A DNA stretch of 64,000 nt from Candidatus Latescibacterota bacterium (GTDB lineage: Bacteria; Latescibacterota; UBA2968; GCA-2709665): NCBI GenBank assembly GCA_965116875.1, contig OZ220733.1, forward strand, positions 3,168,001 to 3,232,000, read 5' to 3'. Below, one piece after another: positions 37,778 to 47,414 of the stretch. Position 1 is the stretch's first letter. Each line of letters begins with the position of its first letter. Below the pieces are notes generated by a model that searched no databases, was not told the origin of the DNA, and was given only the letters and a program-made list of their open reading frames with translations. The translations under genes were made by a program, and so were the position numbers.

Positions 37778-38896
37778 CTACCCCGAATACTTTTCGATTC
37801 GCTCCCGGTCCAGTTCGATTCCAAGCCCAGGTGTGGTGGGTATGGTTAGCAGGCCGTTATCGTCGAGTTGGAAGGGTTCGGTCAGGATGTCTTCGATGTA
37901 AGGCGACGGCGTGATGTACTCCACCCAGCGAGCCGTGGGATGGGCGGCGGCAAGATGCAGGTCCGCAGCGAGGCCGACGGCTGTATTCCATCCGTGGGTG
38001 ACCAGCAGTACGTTGTGATTGCAGGCGTGCCAGAGGATACGGCGCGTTTCCGACAGGCCGCCGACCTTTGTGGCGTCCGGCTGAACGATATCGAAGGCGC
38101 CGCGCGCGATCCAGGACAGGAAGCTCTGCCGCCTCGTCAGGACCTCACCGCCGGCAATGGGGACCGGGGCGTTTTGACGGAGGGCGATGAATCCATCCAG
38201 ATCGTCAGGAGGGAGGGCTTCCTCGAACCAGACCACGTCGTAGTCGGCCAGCATCCTTGCGGTTTCCAGGGCCCACTTGTACCCGTGCGGCCAGAACTGA
38301 TCGCTCCCGCCGGCATCGACCATCAGTTCGACGTCCGGTCCCACGGTATCGCGGGCGAGTTTGACGAGCCGCTCGTCGGTATGCTTATCCACGCGGCCGA
38401 ACGGTCCCCATCCGAGCTTGAGCGCGCGGAATCCCCGGGAAACGGCCGACACCAGCGTCTGTTTGAACGCCGAGTCATTCGCTTCGAAGAGGAGAGAGCC
38501 ATAGGGCTTGATCTTCCGCCGGTAGTATCCGCCCAGGAGGCGCCCCACGGGCTGTCCGCTGGCTTTGCCCAGAAGGTCCCACAGCGCGATGTCGATGCCG
38601 GAAATCGCATGCGTGACCGAACCGCCCCGCCCCTGCCAGAAGGTCGACTGGTGGAGCTTTTCGGAAACGCGCTCCGGCTCGATGGCCGACTCTCCGATAA
38701 AATGGGGTTTCAGAAGGTCCAGAGCGGCATCGACCAGGGCCTGGCTGGTGGCGACGCTTCCCAGTCCGGTCAGGCCGCTGTCCGTATGTACTTCAAGGAG
38801 CGTGTGCAGGTTCTCTGACGGCGGGGTTTCGGCCGTCCAGCCGGATTTCGGCGTTGCGCCCCTCAGGGCGATTGTCTGTATACCGGTAATTCTCAT
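37778..38896 (-). CDS. Mandelate racemase/muconate lactonizing enzyme family (acid-sugar dehydratase-like)
   Basis: SGIDIALWDLLGK, LMVDAG, WFEE, AGGE, VQPD..VGG, HGWN. Confidence 0.88.
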   Translation of the reverse strand: MRITGIQTIALRGATPKSGWTAETPPSENLHTLLEVHTDSGLTGLGSVATSQALVDAALDLLKPHFIGESAIEPERVSEKLHQSTFWQGRGGSVTHAISGIDIALWDLLGKASGQPVGRLLGGYYRRKIKPYGSLLFEANDSAFKQTLVSAVSRGFRALKLGWGPFGRVDKHTDERLVKLARDTVGPDVELMVDAGGSDQFWPHGYKWALETARMLADYDVVWFEEALPPDDLDGFIALRQNAPVPIAGGEVLTRRQSFLSWIARGAFDIVQPDATKVGGLSETRRILWHACNHNVLLVTHGWNTAVGLAADLHLAAAHPTARWVEYITPSPYIEDILTEPFQLDDNGLLTIPTTPGLGIELDRERIEKYSG

Positions 38897-39280
38897 TCGG
38901 TCGAAACCGTGTTGAAAGGAGCCGACCAGGTCGGTCCGGAGGTTTGGATTGCGAGGAAGAGAAGCTGAGCGGCACCGGTAACGCGATGATTCCGGCGCCT
39001 GAACCTTTCCGGGTTGGTGCCCGGACGCCAATATATGGATTCGGTGTCTTCGCTTCAACAGGAAATCGAGGCTGACTGGCGCACTTCGAGCTGCCAAAAT
39101 GGCAGATCACCATTCTTCGAAGGGTCCATTTGAAAGCGAAATCGATTTCCATTTCCGACTTGATGTTATAAATTCTTGTATATCAACATGATACGGAATT
39201 TTTCAGCATTCGGGCACAATAGTTGCATGTATTCTGGCGATATCAATTCGCGACGGCCGCGGAAGCCTCTCCCCCCGATC

Positions 39281-39411
39281 CCTGAAAAGCGGTGAGACGG
39301 GAGGGGAGAGATTGCCTGCCTTGTGAGGAATCGTTTCGTGCCGGAGGCAGGAACGTATAAAATACGGGGCAAGGATTTCTTCTACCGTCTACCCTCTACC
39401 GTCTTACCGCC
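39281..39411. repeat. Dispersed heptamer-armed element, copy 2
   Basis: CCTGAAAAGCGGTGAGACGGGAGGGGAGAG-core-TCTACCGTCTACCCTCTACCGTCTTACCGCC; homologous to 29-168. Confidence 0.75.
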
Positions 39412-39525
39412 TTTTGGCGACCCGTCACTCCAACTCCTCTCTTACAGGAAAGGGAAAAATCCCGGGTTGACCAATCACGTTATGTCGCGAATCGGAACGT
39501 CCGAAACACACAAGGAGCGTACAGG

Positions 39526-42030
39526 ATGTCGGACAAGAAGACATCAGATAGCATCGAAGTGATCGACCGGACACACGTCCCGGGCGAAGTGCCCGTGTTG
39601 AGAAGCAGGGAAGTGGTAATCTTTCCCCATATGCTGTCACCGTTGTCTATTGAAAGCGAGCAGGCGATCCGCGCGGTGGACACCGCGGTGAACGGGGGAC
39701 ACCGGGTCGTTGCGTTGTTCGGGCAGAAACCGGGCCCGGAACAGGGGAACACGGAAACTGAAAACGACGCCGGCGAGGAAGAGAGCGATATTCAGGCCGA
39801 GGACCTGTACCAGGTGGGGACGGCCGTGCAGGTGGTCCGGATGCAGAGAACGCCGGACAACAAGCTGCAGGTCCTTGTCAACGGAATTGCGCGCGTGGGC
39901 CTGGAGGCGCTGGTTCAGACCACGCCGTTTCCTCTGGCGCGGATCAGGGTGCTGGAGAGTTGGGCGGAGAAGACCAACGAGTTGGAAGCGCTTTCCCAGA
40001 ACGTGCTTGGTCTGTTCAAGAGGGCGATGCATCTGGTGCCCAACGTGCCCAAAGAGCTGATGGCGGCGCTGGATGCTCTGAACGAACAGGAACAGAAGGC
40101 GGATTTTATCGCTTCCCAGTTCAACCTCAGGTTCGAGGAACGCCAGGAAGTCCTGTCCGAACTCAACCTGCGTCTCAGGTTCGAATTGATTCACAAGTTC
40201 CTGACGAGAGAAGTGGAAATCCTGGAGTTGCGGCAGAAGATCGAAAGCAATGCGGCCGGGTCCATGGATGAGGCGCAGCGCGAGTATTTCCTCCGTCAGC
40301 AGCTCAAGGCCATTCGCGAGGAACTGGGGGAAGGCGGGGACGAGGTCGAGGAGATCGAGGAGTTGGCCGACAAGATCGAAGCCGCGGGCATGCCGGACGA
40401 GGCAAGAAAGGCCGCCGATCGAGAGCTCTCGAGAATGGAGAAGATGCCGGGCGAGTCCGCGGAATATACGGTGTCTCGAACGTATCTCGACTGGCTGGTG
40501 GAACTGCCGTGGAGCAAGGCAAGCGAAGACCGTATCGACGTGGACCGGGCGCAGAAGATTCTGGATGACGACCATTTCGGGATCGAAAAGCCGAAGGACC
40601 GGATCCTGGAGTATCTGGCGGTTCGCGGGCTGAAAAATGACATGCGCGGGCCCATTCTGTGTCTGGTGGGTCCTCCGGGCACGGGAAAGACGTCGCTGGG
40701 TCGGTCCGTGGCGCGTGCGCTGGACCGCACCTTTGTGCGGGTTTCGCTTGGCGGGGTGCGGGACGAATCGGAAGTGAGGGGCCACAGGCGGACCTACGTC
40801 GGCGCGCTTCCAGGCCGGATCATTCAGGGGCTGCGCCGGGCGGGTACGAACAACCCGGTGTTCATGCTGGACGAGATCGACAAACTGGGCGCCGATTTCC
40901 GGGGCGACCCGTCGGCGGCGCTGCTGGAGGTTCTGGATCCCGAACAGAATTGCAGATTTGAGGACCACTACCTGGACGTGCCGTTCGATCTTTCACAGGT
41001 CATGTTCATCGCTACGGCAAACACGCTGCATACAATCCCGCCCGCCCTGCTGGACCGGATGGAAATCCTTGAACTGCCGGGCTACACCGAGCAGGAAAAA
41101 CTGGAGATCGCCCGCAGCTATCTCGTGCCCAGGCAGCTCGAGGAGCACGGGTTGACGGCCAGGCGGCTGGAGATCGACACCGAAGCGATAACGGGCCTGA
41201 TCCGGTACTATACCAGCGAGGCGGGGCTGCGCAACCTGGAGCGGGCCGTGGGAACACTGTGCCGCAAGGTGGCGCGCCGATTCGCCCAGGGACGGAAGCG
41301 GAAGGTGAGGGTGAAGACAGGACATTTGCAGGAATTCCTGGGGCCCCGGCAGTTCCTGCACGAAATCGCCGAGGAAAACGATGAAGTGGGCGTTGCGGCC
41401 GGCCTGGCGGTGACGTCCACGGGAGGCGACGTGATGTTCGTGGAGGCGACCCTGATGCCTGGCGGCGGAAACGTGAAGCTGACCGGACAGGTTGGCGACG
41501 TGATGCAGGAGTCCGTCCAGGCCGCGACGACGTACGTGCGCTCCCGGTGGGAGAGCCTGGGGTTGGCCGAAAAGTTCAACGAGGAAAAGGACGTGCACGT
41601 CCATGCGCCGGCGGGAGCGGTGCCCAAGGACGGTCCGTCGGCTGGGATCACGATGGCGGCTGTGCTGGCGTCGGTCTTCACGGGCCGCCCGGTTCGGAAG
41701 GACGTGGCGATGACCGGGGAGATCACGTTGCGAGGCAAGGTGTTGCCCGTCGGCGGCATTCGCGACAAGGTGCTGGCGGCCCACCGGGCGGGCATCCGGA
41801 CGGTGATCCTCCCCGAGAAAAACCGGAAGGACCTGGAAGAAGTGCCGGATGCCGTTCGCAAGGACGTCAGGCTGGTGTTCGTGGATCAGATGGACAAGGT
41901 GCTGGACACTGCGCTGGTCAAAAAGAAAAGGGCGCCGGCCAAACGCCGCTCAGGGGCCGCAGGAAACAGGCCGTCCGTCAGAACAGGCAACCGCCGCCGT
42001 CCGGCGGTAACGGCAAGTCCCGGAGAGTGA
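39526..42030 (+). CDS. lon: ATP-dependent protease Lon
   Basis: LON N-domain, GPPGTGKTS, GHRRTYVGALPG, PKDGPSAG (Ser) and GGIRDK (Lys); RBS AAGGAG. Confidence 0.97.
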   Translation: MSDKKTSDSIEVIDRTHVPGEVPVLRSREVVIFPHMLSPLSIESEQAIRAVDTAVNGGHRVVALFGQKPGPEQGNTETENDAGEEESDIQAEDLYQVGTAVQVVRMQRTPDNKLQVLVNGIARVGLEALVQTTPFPLARIRVLESWAEKTNELEALSQNVLGLFKRAMHLVPNVPKELMAALDALNEQEQKADFIASQFNLRFEERQEVLSELNLRLRFELIHKFLTREVEILELRQKIESNAAGSMDEAQREYFLRQQLKAIREELGEGGDEVEEIEELADKIEAAGMPDEARKAADRELSRMEKMPGESAEYTVSRTYLDWLVELPWSKASEDRIDVDRAQKILDDDHFGIEKPKDRILEYLAVRGLKNDMRGPILCLVGPPGTGKTSLGRSVARALDRTFVRVSLGGVRDESEVRGHRRTYVGALPGRIIQGLRRAGTNNPVFMLDEIDKLGADFRGDPSAALLEVLDPEQNCRFEDHYLDVPFDLSQVMFIATANTLHTIPPALLDRMEILELPGYTEQEKLEIARSYLVPRQLEEHGLTARRLEIDTEAITGLIRYYTSEAGLRNLERAVGTLCRKVARRFAQGRKRKVRVKTGHLQEFLGPRQFLHEIAEENDEVGVAAGLAVTSTGGDVMFVEATLMPGGGNVKLTGQVGDVMQESVQAATTYVRSRWESLGLAEKFNEEKDVHVHAPAGAVPKDGPSAGITMAAVLASVFTGRPVRKDVAMTGEITLRGKVLPVGGIRDKVLAAHRAGIRTVILPEKNRKDLEEVPDAVRKDVRLVFVDQMDKVLDTALVKKKRAPAKRRSGAAGNRPSVRTGNRRRPAVTASPGE

Positions 42031-42073
42031 GGGTCGGCGCAGAATACACGACGGGAAGTCAGGAAAAAAACAG

Positions 42074-42104
42074 AAGGGTCGAAGCGTGAGCGGCTTCGAC
42101 CCTT
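42074..42104. terminator. Bidirectional intrinsic terminator
   Basis: AAGGGTCGAAGC-loop-GCTTCGACCCTT with A-run on the left and T-rich run on the right, between convergent genes. Confidence 0.7.
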
Positions 42105-42242
42105 GTTTGTGTGGATAGCTGCAATTACGTGTTGGGGACTGGATCTTCTGTCGTCGCGGAAGGATTGATGGAGTGTCCGGTGCGGAAGCGCAAACGACCA
42201 ACGGCATTCCGTGCGGACGATTCGTCACTACCAGGAGCCGGT

Positions 42243-43025
42243 CTACTCGGCTGCGGATACGCTCAGCACCCGGATGCGGGCGCTGATCGCCTCGACGGTC
42301 TCCGTCACGGCCGAAAGCAGCGCATCGCAGTCTTCGATAGCCACCTGTGGATCTGAGTAGCGGTAACGTACGGCATACCCGGTCAGCCACGCCAGCTTCT
42401 CACCGGCCGGAGTGTCTTTTTCATCAGGATGCTGCCGCACGATAGCGGCAAGCGTCGCCAGATCGTGCGTGGTGCCATAGTCGGTATCAAGTGAGGAAAT
42501 CCAGCCTTTCAATGCGTTTTCCATTGCTTGCTGTGCGTGAAACCCGATGGCTTCCTGAGCGGATTTGGCTTCTACGAGAATTCTTAGAACCCCGAGTTCG
42601 CGCTCGGCGTTGGCGATCCGCTGCCGAATGTCGGGCCAGTTGGACGGTCCCGGGTTGTTGTAGTGTACTTTGTCACCGTTTCCGTCAAGACCATCACGTA
42701 CAGCCTGGCCCGCCAAATGGTTTCGCGCCCGGCGACCGTCGTGGAATGCCCGCTCGCTCAGGCACACCAGGTCGACGCCGATCGAGGCGCCGTACAATTC
42801 CTCAACCACGCGATGGGCCGCCGCACTGGTTTTTTGATACTCTTGCCTGTCCGTGGAATCGGAGCCGGTGATGATGAGCAGGTCGATGTCCGACTGCGCG
42901 CTGTAGTCTCCGCGGGCTCGAGAGCCGAACAGGATGACCCGGTCCGGGCGGACCGCTTCGCCGACGGCACGTGCGACGGCGCAGGCCTTCGGATCGGGCG
43001 CGCGGTGTGTCGGGAACTTTGTCAT
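42243..43025 (-). CDS. MNT (minimal nucleotidyltransferase)-HEPN fusion protein, copy A
   Basis: LFGSRARGDY..SDIDLL; GFHAQQAMENALKG, THDL, YAVRYRY; start MTKFPTH chosen by homology to copy B. Confidence 0.85.
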   Translation of the reverse strand: MTKFPTHRAPDPKACAVARAVGEAVRPDRVILFGSRARGDYSAQSDIDLLIITGSDSTDRQEYQKTSAAAHRVVEELYGASIGVDLVCLSERAFHDGRRARNHLAGQAVRDGLDGNGDKVHYNNPGPSNWPDIRQRIANAERELGVLRILVEAKSAQEAIGFHAQQAMENALKGWISSLDTDYGTTHDLATLAAIVRQHPDEKDTPAGEKLAWLTGYAVRYRYSDPQVAIEDCDALLSAVTETVEAISARIRVLSVSAAE

Positions 43026-43190
43026 GGTAAACGTTGACCTTCCGCGCCGCACGGTCGTTTTCCGTACTTCCGCTCGGCAGGTCGACGGGAGGATAGTCAA
43101 ATTGGGACCAAGTACGTGAGCATGGAGAGACAGGTTGGACAGATGGAAGAACGTCACGTGTCAGCGGCTGATCGTGCGTACGATGCGTCC

Positions 43191-43991
43191 CTACTCTGAG
43201 TCGGGCTCCTCTGTTGGTGTTGCGCTCAGCGCCCGGATGCGGGCGATAATCGCCTCGACGGTCTCCGTCACGGCCGAAAGCAGCGCAACGCGGTCTTCGA
43301 TGACCACCTGTGGATCTGAGTAGCGATAGCGTACTGCATACCCCGTCAGCCACGCCAGCTTCTCGCCGGCCGGGGTGTCATTTTCTGCCGGATGCCAACG
43401 GACGATCGACGCCAGATCGGTCAGATTGTGCGTGTTGCCATAGTCGGAGTCGAGCGCCGATATCCAGCCTTTCAGCGCATTCTCAAGCGCCTGTTGGGCG
43501 GTAAATCCAATCAGTTCTTGTGAAGACCGCGGGCTTTCCACAAGGACTTCCAGATCCTGGAGACACCGCCTGGCATTGGCGATACGCTGCCGAATGTCGG
43601 GCCAGTTGGACGGTTCCGGGTTTTTGTAGTGTACTTTGTCACCGTTTCCGTCAAGACCATCACGTACAGCCTGGCCCGCCACGTGGTTTCGCGACCGGCG
43701 ACCATCGTGGAAGGCTTTCTCGCTCAGGTGGACCAGGTCAACGCCGATCAAGTCTCCATACAGTTCGTCGACCTTGCGGTGGGCCGCCGCGCTCGTGTCC
43801 CGATACGTCTGCTCGTCCGTGGAATCGGAGTCGGTAATGATGAGCAGGTCGATATCCGAATCTGTGCGGTAGTCGCCCCGGGCGCGCGATCCGAACAGGA
43901 TGACCCGATCCGGGTGGACCGCTTCGCCGACAGCACGGGCGACGGCGCAGGCATTCGAGTCAGGTGCGGTGTGTGTCGTGAGCTTTGTCAT
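43191..43991 (-). CDS. MNT-HEPN fusion protein, copy B
   Basis: LFGSRARGDY..SDIDLL; GFTAQQALENALKG, THNL, YAVRYRY. Confidence 0.85.
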   Translation of the reverse strand: MTKLTTHTAPDSNACAVARAVGEAVHPDRVILFGSRARGDYRTDSDIDLLIITDSDSTDEQTYRDTSAAAHRKVDELYGDLIGVDLVHLSEKAFHDGRRSRNHVAGQAVRDGLDGNGDKVHYKNPEPSNWPDIRQRIANARRCLQDLEVLVESPRSSQELIGFTAQQALENALKGWISALDSDYGNTHNLTDLASIVRWHPAENDTPAGEKLAWLTGYAVRYRYSDPQVVIEDRVALLSAVTETVEAIIARIRALSATPTEEPDSE

Positions 43992-44074
43992 TATGTTCGT
44001 AGACCTTCAGATTTACACGGCCATTTTTGGCTCTTCCGGTTGCAGCGGCGGAGGGACTTGATTGAGTTCCCGGC

Positions 44075-45442
44075 TCAGCCCGTCCAGGGCCCGGTGATGG
44101 CCAGCGTGATCCCGGGCGACTGGATGTTGGCGTACAGAGTGCGGCCGTCGGGCGAGAACGTAGCGCCGGCAAACTCGGACTCGTTGAAGGCGTTGCGGCC
44201 GAGCTTGTAGATCCGTCCGTCCGGGGTGACCCCCACCAGGTGATTGTCCCCGCCGCCGTCCTCACAGAGCACGAGGTCGCCCCAGGGCGCAACCGTCAGG
44301 TTGTCGCAGTTCTCCACCAGGTTGCCGTCGTTGGGCTCGATGAACAGCTCGAGTGTCCCGGGCGAGGCCGTTTCGTCGGGGGTTCCCTCACCAGGGCTTG
44401 GCTCGTAGCGCCACACCTGCCCCTTCTTTTTCTTACCGCCGCTGGTGCAAGCGAAGTAGACGGCCTCCCGGCCGTACCACATGCCCTCGCCACGGGCGAA
44501 GAGGGCGGCGCCCTTGTTGAATCCCTGGAGACGCAGGTCATTGTCCGGGGACTCCACGTCCTCCATGCTGACCCAGGCCGCGGCCAGGCGGTCCCCGGGA
44601 GCGACGGTCTGCGACCTGTGGTTGGACGTGTCGAGGCTCCGCCGGTCGAGTACCATGAGCGCCTGCAGCCGTCCACCGGCCGCGAGACGTCCGGGCTCGT
44701 CGGGCAGGTATCGGTAGATGAGACCGTCGCCGGCGTCCTCGGTCTGATAGACGATGCCCGTCGCCGGATGGACGGCCACGGCCTCGTGGTTGAATCGGCC
44801 CATCGCCTTCAGAGCCACCGGCTCCACCGGTCCCGTTGCCGGGCCCACCGCGACCTCGAAGTTGAACCCGTGGTCCTGTTCGTGGCGTTCGTCGGCGCGC
44901 TGGGTCGTTTCCTCGCAGGTGATCCAGCTCTCCCATGGGGTGAGGCCGCCGGCGCAGTTGCGCACGGTGCCGGCAAGGCTGAGGAAATGTTTCTCCAGTT
45001 CACCGTCGGGGCCGAGTACGAAGGTCGTCGTCCCTCCCTGCGGCGGATCACCGCGGCCCCAGTCGTAGAACCGCTCCCGCGGCAACTTGCCGAGACGCTC
45101 GTTCTCATCGCCGAAGGCGCCCACCTTGCGGGCCCCCGCGGTGAGTTCGTGGTTGCAGATCAACAGGGTCCGTCCCTCCGCCCCGGGAAAGGCGGCCATG
45201 GCGTCGGGCAGTCCCGGCACCAGGAGACCATCGTCCATTTCATCGCCGGTGCGGGAGATCACCCGGTAGGTGAATCCCGCGGGGAGGTCGATGATCCCGC
45301 CCGGGTCCGGTAGCATGGGGCCGTAGCCGGCAGCGATCCCCTTCGCGGACGCTTCCCCCCAGACCACGAAGTGCTGCAACCCCTGGAATCCCAGGGTGAC
45401 GGCGGTCGTCGACTTCAGAAACTGCCTTCTGGTGACGGGCAT
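44075..45442 (-). CDS. phoX: Tat-exported PhoX-family (DUF839) alkaline phosphatase
   Basis: Tat motif TRRQFLK; NHE, NCAGG.TPW..W.TCEE, GRFNHEA, RGEG, CDN, CED, EFAG..FSPDG, NIQ.PG. Confidence 0.85.
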   Translation of the reverse strand: MPVTRRQFLKSTTAVTLGFQGLQHFVVWGEASAKGIAAGYGPMLPDPGGIIDLPAGFTYRVISRTGDEMDDGLLVPGLPDAMAAFPGAEGRTLLICNHELTAGARKVGAFGDENERLGKLPRERFYDWGRGDPPQGGTTTFVLGPDGELEKHFLSLAGTVRNCAGGLTPWESWITCEETTQRADERHEQDHGFNFEVAVGPATGPVEPVALKAMGRFNHEAVAVHPATGIVYQTEDAGDGLIYRYLPDEPGRLAAGGRLQALMVLDRRSLDTSNHRSQTVAPGDRLAAAWVSMEDVESPDNDLRLQGFNKGAALFARGEGMWYGREAVYFACTSGGKKKKGQVWRYEPSPGEGTPDETASPGTLELFIEPNDGNLVENCDNLTVAPWGDLVLCEDGGGDNHLVGVTPDGRIYKLGRNAFNESEFAGATFSPDGRTLYANIQSPGITLAITGPWTG

Positions 45443-45539
45443 TTGGTCGATCCTCCCTTAGCATTAAGAAAAAAGGAAAAACTGCCTTCCCGCGGACCCG
45501 GAAACCGTAGACTGCGCAGACCCGCTCGAGGGCTGCCGC

Positions 45540-46595
45540 CTATTGCTCCTCAGTCGTTGCCGTGTCGTCCGGATCGGTACCCTGATCGGTCCTCGTCTGA
45601 TCATCAAGCCTGCGTTTTTCTTCTTCGCGTCTGCCCAGTTCCAGGATGGCATTCCGGTATTTTCCGCTGGATTTCCTCGCGTAAGCTTCCTTCAGTGCGG
45701 TCCGAGCCGGATCGAACCGGTCCGAATACATTAAGCTCAGACCAAGATCGTAATAGGCCTTGTGGACTTCCGGTGACCTGGAATAGGCCTCCGTCGCTTC
45801 CTGAAAGACGTTGACCGCGCCATCCCAGTTACCGGCCTGGACCATTCTGAAGCCGCGTTCCAGTTCCGGCATTTCCTTGTCGGTTTCAAACGACACATTT
45901 ACCCGTTCGGTATACGGCACGATCATCCGCTCGATGGCCCGTACGATATCCGAGCGGCATTCCGCGAAGAGTCGCCTGCGGGCGGCATTGTCGATTCTTG
46001 CCTTCGCCGGCGTGTCTCCTGATGTCCTCATCGTTTCACGCCTGGAAAAATTCCTGCTGGCCAGTATCCTGGATGTTCGCAAGTCCACGACTTTCAGTTG
46101 AACTTCCACGTGCGCGGTACCCTTGCGTTTGTATTTCTGCCCGGTGGCTCCCTTTTCCGTCTTTCTGTTTTTCTTCTGAACGTCTTCGACGATTTCCTCT
46201 TCGTCGTAATCGTATGCCAGGATATCGCCCGAGATGAGGACGACGTTGCCGTTGTCGTCTTCCCGGCTGTGCCCGGCTTTCAGGCTCTCATAATCGAGAA
46301 GTTCAAATCGATCGGACCGTGCAAGGATCCGCGACACCTCCGCGGCGAATCGTCGGATCCAGGTGTCTCTGGATTCCACGCCTTGCAGGAATTTATTCAA
46401 TCCGTCCAGTTTCGATACGAATCCGCTCCCCGCTCCCTTGATTTCACCGATCATGATCCTGTCATACTCGCTCAGGTTGATTTCAGCCGGACGGGTGACG
46501 AGAATGGAGACGTTCCTTCCCGCACAACCCGTGATCCATCCCGAGACGACGAAGGCTGACAGGAGAATGAGATTGCACGTACACTTTCTGTTCAT
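45540..46595 (-). CDS. Putative lipoprotein with C-terminal TPR
   Basis: Lipobox ITGC; TPR-like KAYYDLGLSLMY. Confidence 0.65.
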   Translation of the reverse strand: MNRKCTCNLILLSAFVVSGWITGCAGRNVSILVTRPAEINLSEYDRIMIGEIKGAGSGFVSKLDGLNKFLQGVESRDTWIRRFAAEVSRILARSDRFELLDYESLKAGHSREDDNGNVVLISGDILAYDYDEEEIVEDVQKKNRKTEKGATGQKYKRKGTAHVEVQLKVVDLRTSRILASRNFSRRETMRTSGDTPAKARIDNAARRRLFAECRSDIVRAIERMIVPYTERVNVSFETDKEMPELERGFRMVQAGNWDGAVNVFQEATEAYSRSPEVHKAYYDLGLSLMYSDRFDPARTALKEAYARKSSGKYRNAILELGRREEEKRRLDDQTRTDQGTDPDDTATTEEQ

Positions 46596-46664
46596 CGGGT
46601 CCTGCTCCGGATGTCATGTCGACCCGCTGTATCGGCGTTCGGCCACGGGTATGGATTCAAACAC

Positions 46665-46701
46665 AAAAAAGAGTCGAGGCGCTCTTCAACAGCCTCGACC
46701 C
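46665..46701 (-). terminator. Intrinsic terminator downstream of the selenoprotein gene
   Basis: Minus strand GGGTCGAGGC-loop-GCCTCGACTC-TTTTTT, about 20 nt after the stop at 46720. Confidence 0.75.
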
Positions 46702-46719
46702 TCGCCTTACGACAATACA

Positions 46720-46956
46720 TCATACGCGTTTGGCGACCTCGGGCTGGATCTCATCGTATTCGGGAAAGCGGCCCTCTTTGAGCTTGGAGAACGCGAGTTC
46801 GCCGTCGATGGTGACTTCAAAACGTCCGCCGCCGGAGGGGATGAGCGCGAAGCTCTCAATGTCCTGCTTGAATTCTCTCAGAAGCCTGTCCGTCAAACTG
46901 ACGGTCTGATCTTCGTAGCCTCAGGCCGCGCAGTATTCGATGTCGATTCTGGGCAT
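46720..46956 (-). CDS. Rdx family (SelW/SelT/SelH) selenoprotein, CxxU, 78 aa; in-frame TGA at 46923-46921 read as Sec
   Basis: RBS AAGGAGG; MPRIDIEYCAA-U-GYEDQTVSLTDRLLREFKQDIESFALIPSGGGRFEVTIDGELAFSKLKEGRFPEYDEIQPEVAKRV carries the Rdx motifs IEYCxxU, GxFEV and GRFP. Confidence 0.9.
46881..46914 (-). promoter_or_regulatory. Bacterial SECIS hairpin
   Basis: mRNA CCGUCA-GUU-UGACGG with G-containing apical loop 22 nt after the UGA; lower GAAG/CUUC pairing. Confidence 0.7.
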
Positions 46957-46984
46957 GTGGCGCCTCCTTGACGTCTTCGGATGA

Positions 46985-47036
46985 AAGATGAGTAGAGGAG
47001 TGAAGAGCGAGGAGAGAGGAAAGAGGAGTGAGTAAC
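46985..47036. repeat. Degenerate heptamer array, inverted relative to the 45-nt array
   Basis: + strand GAGTAGA GGAGTGA AGAGCGA GGAGAGA GGAAAGA GGAGTGA GTAACGA. Confidence 0.7.
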
Positions 47037-47090
47037 GATAAAGAGCGGATCCGGAAACGCGAATGGAAAGAGGAGTGTGAGGCCTTTGAC

Positions 47091-47405
47091 TCGCCTTCTC
47101 TCTTTTCTCACTTCTCTCCGCTCTCTCCTCGATTTTCGCCTTCTCTCTTTTCTCACTTCTCTCCGCTCTCTCCTCGCTTTTCGCCTTCTCTCTTTTCTCA
47201 CTTCTCTCCGCTCTCTCCTCGCTTTTCGCCTTCTCTCTTTTCTCACTTCTCTCCGCTCTCTCCTCGATTTTCGCCTTCTCTCTTTTCTCACTTCTCTCCG
47301 CTCTCTCCTCGATTTTCGCCTTCTCTCTCTTCTCACTTCTCTCCGCTCTCTCCTCGATTTTCGCCTTCTCTCTCTTCTCACTTCTCTCCACTCTCTCCTC
47401 GATGT
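47091..47405. repeat. 7 x 45-bp tandem repeat, pyrimidine-rich on + strand
   Basis: Unit TCGCCTTCTCTCTTTTCTCACTTCTCTCCGCTCTCTCCTCGATTT at 47091, 47136, 47181, 47226, 47271, 47316, 47361; each unit is six heptamers plus 3 nt. Confidence 0.95.
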
Positions 47406-47414
47406 CCACTGTCT

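Noticed and set aside
42243-43991. MNT-HEPN duplicates as a DGR template/variable pair
   Set aside because: Differences are mostly synonymous and not adenine-specific; no reverse transcriptase nearby
47091-47405. 45-bp array as a CRISPR array
   Set aside because: Units are contiguous with no unique spacers, and no cas genes are present
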